From: a virus
Lineage: Duplodnaviria; Caudoviricetes
IMG/VR virus record: IMGVR_UViG_3300025097_001925
Span: 1-60,553 of that record
Length of the DNA: 60,553 nucleotides
Strand: one strand, 5' to 3'
In this document: positions 1 to 8,037 of the stretch, one piece after another
Position numbering within the stretch: the first letter of the stretch is position 1
Layout: every line of letters begins with the position of its first letter
Program-made: the position numbers and the translations under genes
The notes under the pieces: generated by a model
What the model was told of the DNA's origin: nothing
Seen by the model: the letters and a program-made list of their open reading frames with translations, nothing else
The model's database searches: none

Positions 1-12
1 TAAAGGCTCTTT

Positions 13-64
13 AAGCACTTAGCTCTCGAAGCACTTAGCTCTCGAAGCACTTAGCTCTCGAAGC
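13..64. repeat. Tandem repeat: 3 perfect copies of AAGCACTTAGCTCTCG plus a 4-bp partial copy
   Basis: Units at 13-28, 29-44 and 45-60, then AAGC at 61-64; no spacers. Confidence 0.95.
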
Positions 65-70
65 TTTATT

Positions 71-114
71 GGCTTCGTAGTGTTGAAGCCTTCGTTGTCT
101 CTTGACAACGGAGG
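71..114. other. Two adjacent stem-loops
   Basis: GGCTTC-N8-GAAGCC (71-90) and CCTTCGTTGTC-TCTT-GACAACGGAGG (89-114; fully paired on + strand with one G-U). Confidence 0.7.
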
Positions 115-163
115 ATTACAATTTCAATAACCCTCTTAATTATATATATTAACGTGGTACAAT

Positions 164-179
164 TATATACATATATATA
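164..179. promoter_or_regulatory. TATATACATATATATA motif, copy 1
   Basis: Identical 16-mer at 39068-39083; 15/16 inverted match at 32925-32939. Confidence 0.5.
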
Positions 180-181
180 AC

Positions 182-460
182 CTAACTCTCATCTCTTTTA
201 CGTCTTGTGTGCCAATGTAAATGGTCTGGAATAGTTCGTTGCCTTTTGTCTATATAAAAATTTCCTTCTCCAAAAAAAACATCCCCAACCTCTTTTAAAT
301 ACGCTTCCATTACGTACATATCTGGTTCGGGGATATCCATTGTATGTTCTTTCCATACAATCATTGGTATTGAACAACCTATACAATCTAATACTATAAA
401 ATGGTCGTTCTCGTGATATACTTTAGTACGTATGTTTAATTTACATAAGTCACACGACAT
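182..460 (-). CDS. HIT-like protein with Cys pairs
   Basis: CDLC and CIGC motifs, C-terminal HLHWH (HxHxH triad); likely start MSCDLC at 460. Confidence 0.65.
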   Translation of the reverse strand: MSCDLCKLNIRTKVYHENDHFIVLDCIGCSIPMIVWKEHTMDIPEPDMYVMEAYLKEVGDVFFGEGNFYIDKRQRTIPDHLHWHTRRKRDES

Positions 461-471
461 ATAACCATATA

Positions 472-720
472 CTACGAAATCCAATCATAAATATGTTTGA
501 TAAATAACCCTATAAAACCTGTTCCCATGACCGTTCTCCACTTCGTAGTATTCTCTCTAAATTGAGTGTTGAGTTTCGATTCTGCCCACAACCCTTGATG
601 TGGATTGAACATATTTTCTTTAATGAACTTGATATCTGCGTGCATTAAATCTCGGTCATTATCAGCTTGTTCCATTCTTTCTAATATTACATTCAAGTCT
701 CTTTTGTCTTGTCCGTTCAA
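472..720 (-). CDS. Small coiled-coil protein with C-terminal hydrophobic segment; possible holin/XhlA-like
   Basis: GGAG RBS; downstream of endolysin; hydrophobic VMGTGFIGLFI. Confidence 0.45.
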   Translation of the reverse strand: MNGQDKRDLNVILERMEQADNDRDLMHADIKFIKENMFNPHQGLWAESKLNTQFRENTTKWRTVMGTGFIGLFIKHIYDWIS

Positions 721-740
721 GAGTATACTCCTAGTTAAAG

Positions 741-767
741 TTGTATATAAATATTATATATATACAA
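741..767. promoter_or_regulatory. Intergenic inverted repeat TTGTATATA-N9-TATATACAA
   Basis: Arms at 741-749 and 759-767; shares TATATAC with the recurring motif. Confidence 0.45.
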
Positions 768-768
768 A

Positions 769-1443
769 TTATACTTCCAAAGACCTTCTAAACCAACCGA
801 AATAAAACTTCTCCAAATCTGGTTTACGTTTCACGAGATTTGCATAATACTTAACACGATATGCTCTTACTCTTTCTAATTCTACACCGTCCAATGCCCG
901 TCTTGTCGCCGGTCCAAGTCCACCATCAACATCTATTTTATTCTTATTCTTACCATTAGCTGCTTCTTGTAATATCCTAACGGCACGACCTTTGCCCATA
1001 TTAACGGCCATATCAAAATAAATATGTTTTAATTTAGATGGAACTGTATCTACTTTATTCTTGTCCCAGTAATCTCTCTTATAAATTTCCTTGGCTCCTT
1101 CTATCGTCAGACCTTTAATATCTACGTCTGGATAAGCTCTTTTACTTACACCATATTTTGTTTCACCACCTGGGTCTTTCGGATCATTTACATAACCACC
1201 CTCGTGTTCTAAGACAACTTCTATAATATCGTCAAACTCTGTAAGTACTTCACTACTCATATTAGACTCCTTTTTGTTTCCTATATAATAATCAGCTGCT
1301 TCTGCTTCTGAATATGTTCCATCGGGTAAAGGATTTCCAGGTCCTTTCCATTCCTCTTTCTTCTTAATAGTCGGATTTTCCCAAACAGCTTTTTTCCATA
1401 TAGATTTTAACCATCCGTGTATCCAGTTTTCAGTTTTCATCAA
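769..1443 (-). CDS. Glycoside hydrolase family 108 lysozyme (endolysin); second start probable at 1260
   Basis: HEGGYVNDPKDPGGETKYG, FDMAVNMG, VDGGLGPAT, GWFRR motifs; AAGGAG precedes ATG 1260. Confidence 0.9.
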   Translation of the reverse strand: MMKTENWIHGWLKSIWKKAVWENPTIKKKEEWKGPGNPLPDGTYSEAEAADYYIGNKKESNMSSEVLTEFDDIIEVVLEHEGGYVNDPKDPGGETKYGVSKRAYPDVDIKGLTIEGAKEIYKRDYWDKNKVDTVPSKLKHIYFDMAVNMGKGRAVRILQEAANGKNKNKIDVDGGLGPATRRALDGVELERVRAYRVKYYANLVKRKPDLEKFYFGWFRRSLEV

Positions 1444-2002
1444 AAACTTCTGTAAGTTTCTTCTGTATTAATTTTATACTTCTTGGTGTTGTTATTGATT
1501 TCATATCTGGTTTCTTTAATAAATAAAAACAATTGAAACACAAGAGTGTTAAATTATCTATATCATAATTTCTATTATCACCATCAAGAAAATTAAGAAG
1601 ATACGGTCCCATCATATCACTCTCTCTATAATCTTCATACCCACAATTAGAACATTCCTGTTTTAGATAACCATTTAGTATCAATCTTTCTGACAATTTC
1701 CAATGTGGATAGTTGGGATGTTTACCCTCAAATATATCAGTTAGTTTAGCGTTGAATCCTGTATTTCCTGTTCTTGCTATACCTTTACCTGTAGGATTTT
1801 TGTACTTGTCAAATAAAGTAACACCATTCTCATCAGTATATCTCTGAGCGTATTTCTTCATAGTATTATAAGTTACCCCAAGTAATCTTGATGCACTCAT
1901 AATAGATAGTGTTTGTTTACAAGCCCACTCAACTTTACCTTTCGGTATGGGTTGGTGTCTATAAGGGTCTCTACCTTTTGGTTCAAAACCTTTACTAGCC
2001 AT
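1430..2002 (-). CDS. HTH plus HNH-like Zn-finger protein (degenerate HNH)
   Basis: ASRLLGVTYNT helix-turn-helix; CSNC...DGDNRN...NLTLLCFNC. Confidence 0.7.
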   Translation of the reverse strand: MASKGFEPKGRDPYRHQPIPKGKVEWACKQTLSIMSASRLLGVTYNTMKKYAQRYTDENGVTLFDKYKNPTGKGIARTGNTGFNAKLTDIFEGKHPNYPHWKLSERLILNGYLKQECSNCGYEDYRESDMMGPYLLNFLDGDNRNYDIDNLTLLCFNCFYLLKKPDMKSITTPRSIKLIQKKLTEVFDEN

Positions 2003-2198
2003 TTCTTCTCCTTCTTGGTTCTGGTTTGGGTTTACGGATACTAATTATTTCTTTTTTTAAAAGTTTTCTCTGTAACCTCAAATCATTAATTTCACTTTCC
2101 AAATCTTTTATACTGTTCATATTTGTTATAGCACTTAATGCCCAACCAATAGGAGCTCCTATAAAAAGACCTACCAATATACATAATATTTCATTCAT
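1995..2198 (-). CDS. Small membrane-anchored coiled-coil protein
   Basis: N-terminal hydrophobic helix, heptad region, basic tail; GGAG RBS. Confidence 0.6.
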   Translation of the reverse strand: MNEILCILVGLFIGAPIGWALSAITNMNSIKDLESEINDLRLQRKLLKKEIISIRKPKPEPRRRRNG

Positions 2199-2202
2199 TT
2201 TT

Positions 2203-2406
2203 TTACTCCTTTAATATAGAACTATCTTCGTGAACCTGTACAATACTACCACTTGGCATATCACTCGGATTCTGTTCATAATCTAATTTAACGTTTGTAG
2301 CTTCAGTATAAATAATTTGAGCTAATTCTTTAAGTTCGCTCTTTTCTTGATTGGTTAGACCTTCAAAATCAAGTTTTGTCTTTTTCTTTTGTTTCTTTGA
2401 CTTCAT
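2203..2406 (-). CDS. Hypothetical protein
   Basis: ORF fits operon packing. Confidence 0.55.
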   Translation of the reverse strand: MKSKKQKKKTKLDFEGLTNQEKSELKELAQIIYTEATNVKLDYEQNPSDMPSGSIVQVHEDSSILKE

Positions 2407-2545
2407 ATAATTCTCTAAACTTTTTTTTATTCAATTTTTTTAACATACCAAATATAACTTCAGCTATTCTCAATTTCTTTATACTACCCATTTCTCTTGT
2501 AGTAATAATTTCTTTTGTTCTTTTGTCTATTAATTCAAACTTCAC
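2369..2545 (-). CDS. Small hypothetical protein (58 aa, GTG start; not in ORF track)
   Basis: Hand translation VKFELIDKRTKEIITT...FRELYEVKETKEKDKT; TAGTG overlap with upstream stop. Confidence 0.6.
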   Translation of the reverse strand: MKFELIDKRTKEIITTREMGSIKKLRIAEVIFGMLKKLNKKKFRELYEVKETKEKDKT

Positions 2546-2685
2546 TAATTTAAAATTATTCCAATATCTTGTGATGTTAAAGTACCTTTGTCTATATAAT
2601 AAAAAACAGATACAGTAGCAGTATCACCTACCATTAGTAGTCTTAGATACGAGATTATATTTCATTCTATAATTACTCCTATCAT
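2545..2685 (-). pseudogene. Collapsed remnants of lipoprotein and small-gene paralogs
   Basis: RBS + MIGVIIE* (2662-2685); MKYNLVSKTTNGR* (2624-2665); MVGDTATVSVFYYIDKGTLTSQDIGIILN* (2545-2634), resembling the C-terminus of 2711-3226. Confidence 0.55.
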
Positions 2686-2710
2686 AGTTATTCTCCTTTA
2701 ATTGACAACA

Positions 2711-3226
2711 TTAATCTAAAACAATCCCCCAAGTTGCTGTATCTGAGAACCAAGTAGCCGTAAGATAAAGAGTATCACCTTTCATTGACCTAACTGGTGC
2801 TATCATATTATTTATTTCACCATATCCATTACTATAACTTACTTGATTGGTAGTAGGAACTTCATGTCCTTCAAATCCAATAACGTAGGATGTATCTAAT
2901 GATACGTATTGTCCATCAGAATTTATAGTTCTTCGTATAAAATATCCTAGCGAATCCCCCATATACCAGTAAAGATTACTTTCCCACTCTACTCTAAAAT
3001 TTTCAACTCCAAAACCTTCGTTAGTTATTGAACCTGATACTCTATGTAGAGTTTGCCAACTTCCATCATCAATAGTCAAATGATAATAACCATTACTATC
3101 TTCATTTAATCTCATATCAAATGATAAAGTTGCCTCATAAGACTCAGACTCAGATGATAGGGGGCTTGAACACCCAACTATTAAAAATAGACTAGCTATT
3201 AGTGTTTTTACGATTCTTTTTTTCAA
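2711..3226 (-). CDS. Putative lipoprotein
   Basis: Basic N-terminus, hydrophobic stretch, lipobox-like IVGC. Confidence 0.75.
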   Translation of the reverse strand: MKKRIVKTLIASLFLIVGCSSPLSSESESYEATLSFDMRLNEDSNGYYHLTIDDGSWQTLHRVSGSITNEGFGVENFRVEWESNLYWYMGDSLGYFIRRTINSDGQYVSLDTSYVIGFEGHEVPTTNQVSYSNGYGEINNMIAPVRSMKGDTLYLTATWFSDTATWGIVLD

Positions 3227-3386
3227 GAGATCCTTTTCTCCTTTTCTTACTTTTTACTTTTCCCTTACCACGTGTTTCGTCTTGGATTTGTTTCCAACTT
3301 TTCTTCTTTTTACTTGTGGGAGTACTCATTTTTTCAAATGCTTGTTCCTCTAAATCTTCGTAGTCTCGCCAATCAATATTCGCCAC
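3192..3386 (-). CDS. Small basic hypothetical protein
   Basis: AGGAG RBS, GTG start, directly downstream of a sigma70-like promoter. Confidence 0.65.
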   Translation of the reverse strand: MANIDWRDYEDLEEQAFEKMSTPTSKKKKSWKQIQDETRGKGKVKSKKRRKGSLEKKNRKNTNS

Positions 3387-3405
3387 TGTATTTCTCCTAC
3401 ACTAT

Positions 3406-3434
3406 AATATACACATAAAAAACATAAAAGTCAA
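3406..3434 (-). promoter_or_regulatory. Sigma70-type promoter TTGACT-N17-TATATT
   Basis: -35 at 3429-3434, -10 at 3406-3411; same hexamers and spacing at 41611-41639. Confidence 0.75.
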
Positions 3435-3676
3435 GTGTTTTTTATTATTAATTTTTCTAATATATCTAAAAATTCATCAATAGTATACTTCTTTTTTTTA
3501 TCATCTAATATTTCAATGTTGTCAACATACTCTGAGTGATTATTAATAATTGAACTAAATGCTGTATAACCAGCTGAAGGATAAAATTTACCAAAACTTT
3601 CTTCTCCTAAAAGATTAGTTTCATATAATACATCTTTTTCCGTATCCCCGTCTAATAATATATAGAATGCAGTCAT
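3431..3676 (-). CDS. Hypothetical acidic protein
   Basis: ORF packed behind GT2 gene. Confidence 0.7.
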   Translation of the reverse strand: MTAFYILLDGDTEKDVLYETNLLGEESFGKFYPSAGYTAFSSIINNHSEYVDNIEILDDKKKKYTIDEFLDILEKLIIKNT

Positions 3677-3677
3677 A

Positions 3678-4889
3678 CTATTTCTTCACTTCTATCAAAT
3701 CGTTTTGGTATTCTGTCATACTTCCAATCCTAAATTTAAATATTTCCAGTTGCATCTCTCCTACTTCACCACTCTCTTTAAGTATCTCTGATAAATTAAC
3801 TAATACTTGAAAGTTCTGTGTAGTGAGTAACCTACAATCAAACTCAACTATTATATCATGGTAGTTAGTTAAATTAGCTACACCATATAATTTTACTCTT
3901 TCATCCAAGGCAAACAATGTATTTGGTTGTTCTTCATTTCTATACTGAATCATAAAATCTGAACCACTTTCAAGATAAATACAACTACACCACGGCTCTA
4001 ATTCTCTTAATAAATTTATATGACAATTATATACCTTAAATCCTATGTTATACTTTGGTGGTATTATAGGTTTCATCATTTCATCATGTTTAACCATATG
4101 ACCCCACTTCCTGATGAAATTTCGTGTACTCCTTTGATTTTGTTCCAACCACTCTTTAGATTCCCTACCTTCTACAAAAGTTTGACCTGCTACATTTCTA
4201 TCGGGTACTCCATCCTTAAATCTACTACCCCTACAACTCATGTGATATACAAACCCGTCCCACGTCTGTACTAACTTGTACCCATTCAATACAAACCTAT
4301 TAAATATATCACTATCTTCTTTTGATTGTGGAGCATACAAGGGGTCGTGACCATTAATTTCTTCGAAGTTTTTCTTGTAAATAGCCCAGGGAGCAAATAT
4401 ACCTTCTGTTGTTCTGTTTTGTTTTAATTCATCATACTTTCTTAAGAAAGCTAACTCTTCAAACTCTTCTGGTTCTATACCATAATCCGCAAGTATCTTT
4501 TCTGGACCATCAGGATGTAATGGTGGTTCTATTCGTGTTAAACTAACTACTGTATTTTCATCTATATGTTTATGTATTTCCTCATCAATTCCAGGTGGAG
4601 CGTACATATCAGCGTGAAATATCATAACTATATCACAAGTAGCTAATTCTACTAACTTATCATACAATATAGTATGTCCCAATCTTTCAGGACCTTCATT
4701 TCTATATAATTTTATATTTGAATCTTTCTTTGCTGTTTCTACCATCCACTCCCACGTACCATCAGTAGAAGCATCATCGGCCCAACATAATTCGTGTCTA
4801 TAACCTAAATTCTTTCTTATACTATTGTAAGACCACTTAAGATACTTTAAGTTACTACGGCTTGGTTGAATAAAACTAATCGGTTTCAT
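3678..4889 (-). CDS. Glycosyltransferase family 2
   Basis: ISFIQPS, DDASTDGT, HADM, EDSD motifs. Confidence 0.85.
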   Translation of the reverse strand: MKPISFIQPSRSNLKYLKWSYNSIRKNLGYRHELCWADDASTDGTWEWMVETAKKDSNIKLYRNEGPERLGHTILYDKLVELATCDIVMIFHADMYAPPGIDEEIHKHIDENTVVSLTRIEPPLHPDGPEKILADYGIEPEEFEELAFLRKYDELKQNRTTEGIFAPWAIYKKNFEEINGHDPLYAPQSKEDSDIFNRFVLNGYKLVQTWDGFVYHMSCRGSRFKDGVPDRNVAGQTFVEGRESKEWLEQNQRSTRNFIRKWGHMVKHDEMMKPIIPPKYNIGFKVYNCHINLLRELEPWCSCIYLESGSDFMIQYRNEEQPNTLFALDERVKLYGVANLTNYHDIIVEFDCRLLTTQNFQVLVNLSEILKESGEVGEMQLEIFKFRIGSMTEYQNDLIEVKK

Positions 4890-5790
4890 TTATACGGCTC
4901 CAATTTTTTAACCACCTTTCTTCTGTATAATATTGTTTAAATCTTCTTTTTGCTGTTACACTACACAATTCATAAAAATTATCGTCTTTCAATTTCTCTG
5001 CACTCCAAACTGCTTGTTCCAAATCTCCAATGTCTCCAGTAGTTAAAGGATGACAATTTTCTTGTGTATCTAATCCTTTATAACCAATACAAGGTATTCC
5101 GTGAAATGCACAATTCATAGCAAATGTTCCAGCAGCGTATGTTCTCATCAAATGTATACCAACGTGATAACTAGCTAAATTACTTATCCAATCTCTCCAA
5201 GTAAGATATGGTAAATAATTTATATCCTCAATCTCATCTTCCAACTTCTGTTTTCTACCCATTGATGGTGCAGTTATCTCATAACCCAATTTACTTGCTA
5301 CAATATATGAATCAAAACCCCCGTACCAACTTACAAAATTACCACCAATAATAGTTCCTTTACCCTCTTTACTTTTACTATCCAATCCTTCGGGTATCAT
5401 CAAACTTCTCAATACTCGAACATCTCTACAACCCAACCCCTTATAATAATTCACATCACTTTCATTATGACAGTAAACCCAATCAGCTTCCATCAAACAA
5501 TTATAATAATGAAACTGTTTATCTATCTCATAATCTTGGAAATACCAATGTGGGCCTTCTTGCATTACTGCCACCTTATCACAACAACCTCTGATATAAT
5601 CCAAACTAACCTTTGGATTTTCCTTTGGTATAATCACAATACCTAAATCAAATTGTTCTTTTGGTCTAGCATGTAAACTACACATCGGTGCATCCAATGC
5701 CAAACACCAACCAACTTCTGTTCTCGCGTTATCAAAGTTTCTTGGATATTTTTGATTGTTACCTGTTTCTGAAAAGAAAGCTACTTTCAT
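4876..5790 (-). CDS. Putative GT-B fold glycosyltransferase
   Basis: MKVAFF start; C-terminal GTFAMNCAFHGIPCIG resembles GT4 E-x7-E/G-x-P region. Confidence 0.55.
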   Translation of the reverse strand: MKVAFFSETGNNQKYPRNFDNARTEVGWCLALDAPMCSLHARPKEQFDLGIVIIPKENPKVSLDYIRGCCDKVAVMQEGPHWYFQDYEIDKQFHYYNCLMEADWVYCHNESDVNYYKGLGCRDVRVLRSLMIPEGLDSKSKEGKGTIIGGNFVSWYGGFDSYIVASKLGYEITAPSMGRKQKLEDEIEDINYLPYLTWRDWISNLASYHVGIHLMRTYAAGTFAMNCAFHGIPCIGYKGLDTQENCHPLTTGDIGDLEQAVWSAEKLKDDNFYELCSVTAKRRFKQYYTEERWLKNWSRINETD

Positions 5791-6716
5791 TCTTCTACTA
5801 TAAGTTCCTCTAATTTCTCAAAAAATTCATTTGTTTTATTCTGTACAAACTTCTTAAGTTCAACTGATTTTGATTTATACTTACTTGGATTACCAATTAT
5901 ATCTTTTATAGTAGTATAAGCCTCTTCCTTATTTTCTATAAAGTTCAAATACTTCTCGGCTCCAAACCAATCCAAATCATATTTGTATGTAGTTATTGGT
6001 AACTCACAATAACCCATTTCAGAGTATCTATTATTTATCATACCCATATTTCTTTGAGCTGGAGCTATAATAGCTATTCCTGACCTAGCTGATGTATACA
6101 ATTTACCAATATCCTCCGAAGGTAATATTCCTTTATACTCAGGCCAGTTCGGCCAACCGTTTCCATATATTTTGAAATCTATTCCAGCAAATCCACCGCT
6201 AAAAAATAACTTTCTCTCCAAATCATATGCTTCACTTGTTAATCTGTTAAACCCCATACCCAAAAATACACATCCGTGATTGTATTCATCTACAAACTCT
6301 ACATCATTTTCACCAATCTGACTAAAAAACCATTCAAAATGTTGTGATGGAATATTTTTACTTTGAAATTCATTATATAGTTGTAGTGAATTAGTATAGA
6401 TATGAGTAAACCATTTGTCTTGATAATCAAATATCTTGTTATATTCACCAAGAATTCCAGGTGATACAAAAGTCAATACCTTCTTACAATCAAACTCTTC
6501 AACCAGTTCAAAAGTTTCAGCATCTAACATCTCAAAGTATAAAACATCGGGGTCTAAATCTTTCAGTTGTTGTCTATACTCATCATCTAAATATCTACCA
6601 TTCAATTGTTCCAAAGAATAAACCTCGTGTCCCATATCAGTAAGTTCTTTTGATATTGCTATGTTAACTCTATGATTCCCCATAGGAAAGGGTTGATGAA
6701 ATACTACTACTTTCAT
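5787..6716 (-). CDS. Glycosyltransferase, CgeB/Glyco_trans_1_2-like
   Basis: MKVVVF start, IYGNGW, INNRYSE motifs. Confidence 0.7.
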   Translation of the reverse strand: MKVVVFHQPFPMGNHRVNIAISKELTDMGHEVYSLEQLNGRYLDDEYRQQLKDLDPDVLYFEMLDAETFELVEEFDCKKVLTFVSPGILGEYNKIFDYQDKWFTHIYTNSLQLYNEFQSKNIPSQHFEWFFSQIGENDVEFVDEYNHGCVFLGMGFNRLTSEAYDLERKLFFSGGFAGIDFKIYGNGWPNWPEYKGILPSEDIGKLYTSARSGIAIIAPAQRNMGMINNRYSEMGYCELPITTYKYDLDWFGAEKYLNFIENKEEAYTTIKDIIGNPSKYKSKSVELKKFVQNKTNEFFEKLEELIVEE

Positions 6717-7120
6717 TACCAGCTCACATCCCATTCTTTAAACTCTGATGCTATACAATCAACTTTATAATCTTTTCTACCACCAACTACTTCCATTATC
6801 TTGTTGATAGCCGTATTTCTAATTCCATTTAGACCGTGAGTTAACATAAGATTGTCTGAACCTTTTTCACCTTTACGTACTTGTGATTCGTTATACCAAA
6901 TATGGGCATTCATTTGTGATAATACAACTACCGCTCTCAATACTTCACCTGTCAATTTAACATCTTTTTCATTAAGAATTAAATTGATATCATGAACCAT
7001 ATCGTTCATTTCATCAGCGTAGTTTTCTTTATTCTCTGGTATAAAAACTTCCTTTAACTGATGTATACTAAGTCTATCTATTAACTCACCTAATGTCGGT
7101 AACCACTTCCTTGATTTCAT
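6716..7120 (-). CDS. Helical protein of the DUF4254/DUF6165 type seen in polysaccharide loci
   Basis: LGELIDRLSI...K and N...IW..E...R...N..R pattern. Confidence 0.5.
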   Translation of the reverse strand: MKSRKWLPTLGELIDRLSIHQLKEVFIPENKENYADEMNDMVHDINLILNEKDVKLTGEVLRAVVVLSQMNAHIWYNESQVRKGEKGSDNLMLTHGLNGIRNTAINKIMEVVGGRKDYKVDCIASEFKEWDVSW

Positions 7121-7136
7121 ATCTTCTCCTTAAAAT
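7110..7136. repeat. 27-bp direct repeat, copy 1 (CTTGATTTCATATCTTCTCCTTAAAAT)
   Basis: Identical to 7325-7351; covers RBS and start codon. Confidence 0.9.
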
Positions 7137-7335
7137 AGCCCTCTAAAACCTCAATAGACTCTTGTAGTTCATTGATTTCAGTAGGTGGAGACAACTTATG
7201 TCCAAGGGGAAAAAGAGTATCCTCAAAAGATTTTCTTCTGTCTAGCATCCCTTCCAATTTTTCCTTTGCAACTTCCAAAACATTATTTAATGCCACCTCG
7301 GGTCTAATTATAAGATTATTCTTTCTTGATTTCAT
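7117..7335 (-). CDS. Hypothetical protein bracketed by direct repeats
   Basis: Same MKSRK start and RBS as the downstream gene. Confidence 0.7.
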   Translation of the reverse strand: MKSRKNNLIIRPEVALNNVLEVAKEKLEGMLDRRKSFEDTLFPLGHKLSPPTEINELQESIEVLEGYFKEKI

Positions 7336-7351
7336 ATCTTCTCCTTAAAAT
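7325..7351. repeat. 27-bp direct repeat, copy 2
   Basis: Identical to 7110-7136. Confidence 0.9.
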
Positions 7352-8037
7352 GGTATAGTAAAAGGTTTATTACAAGCTGTTAACATTGGCTGTCCAAATG
7401 GATTCATAAATTCAACTGTAAACTGTTTATTTATACCTGATAATGCTCTTGCTACTTCCTCTGGTGCCAAATCAGACCAATCACAGACAAGGTTTTTTTC
7501 TTTATCATATTGTTTCTGACCCAACATATGTACATCGTCAATACACACCACGTGATTTTCTATATTCTTTGTATGAGCGTGTTCTTTAATAACTTCAAGT
7601 TCACCCATTAATGGTACATCCACCCTACCCTTAGCATATCCAGCTCTACCACCAGCATGAGCGTCTAACCAAAATACACAAGGATCATCTATCTCATTCA
7701 TAAGAATATCTCTTAACACTATCTCTGATTCACCGTTTACAAGAACTAATTTACCATCAAAATATTCACCTCTATCCTTAAAAGTTTCATCAGCTTCACC
7801 TGTATCGGGGTCAAAATCACCACTCACTCCATGTTCTTCAAATAATTTATATCTTTTAGAAGCGACCTTACAAGAATCGGCGGACAATTCTATTGTATAT
7901 ACTTTCTTCCATTTTGAAAACGTACCATCTTGAATCATTCTCTGGGGTGTTCCACCCAAAGCTGTACCTGTTTCAATAAAAATTTCAGGTACATCATAAA
8001 CTAATGTATGAATAAACTCTGTTTGTATTTGTCCCAT
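7345..8037 (-). CDS. Class I SAM-dependent methyltransferase-like protein
   Basis: FIETGTALG, TIELS, FWLDAH, IDD motifs. Confidence 0.7.
   Translation of the reverse strand: MGQIQTEFIHTLVYDVPEIFIETGTALGGTPQRMIQDGTFSKWKKVYTIELSADSCKVASKRYKLFEEHGVSGDFDPDTGEADETFKDRGEYFDGKLVLVNGESEIVLRDILMNEIDDPCVFWLDAHAGGRAGYAKGRVDVPLMGELEVIKEHAHTKNIENHVVCIDDVHMLGQKQYDKEKNLVCDWSDLAPEEVARALSGINKQFTVEFMNPFGQPMLTACNKPFTIPF

Noticed and set aside
13-64. CRISPR mini-array
   Set aside because: Units are directly adjacent with no spacers, only 16 bp long, and no cas genes are present
1995-3226. Spanin pair (membrane protein plus lipoprotein)
   Set aside because: Genes are not nested or adjacent, and sizes and order do not fit Rz/Rz1
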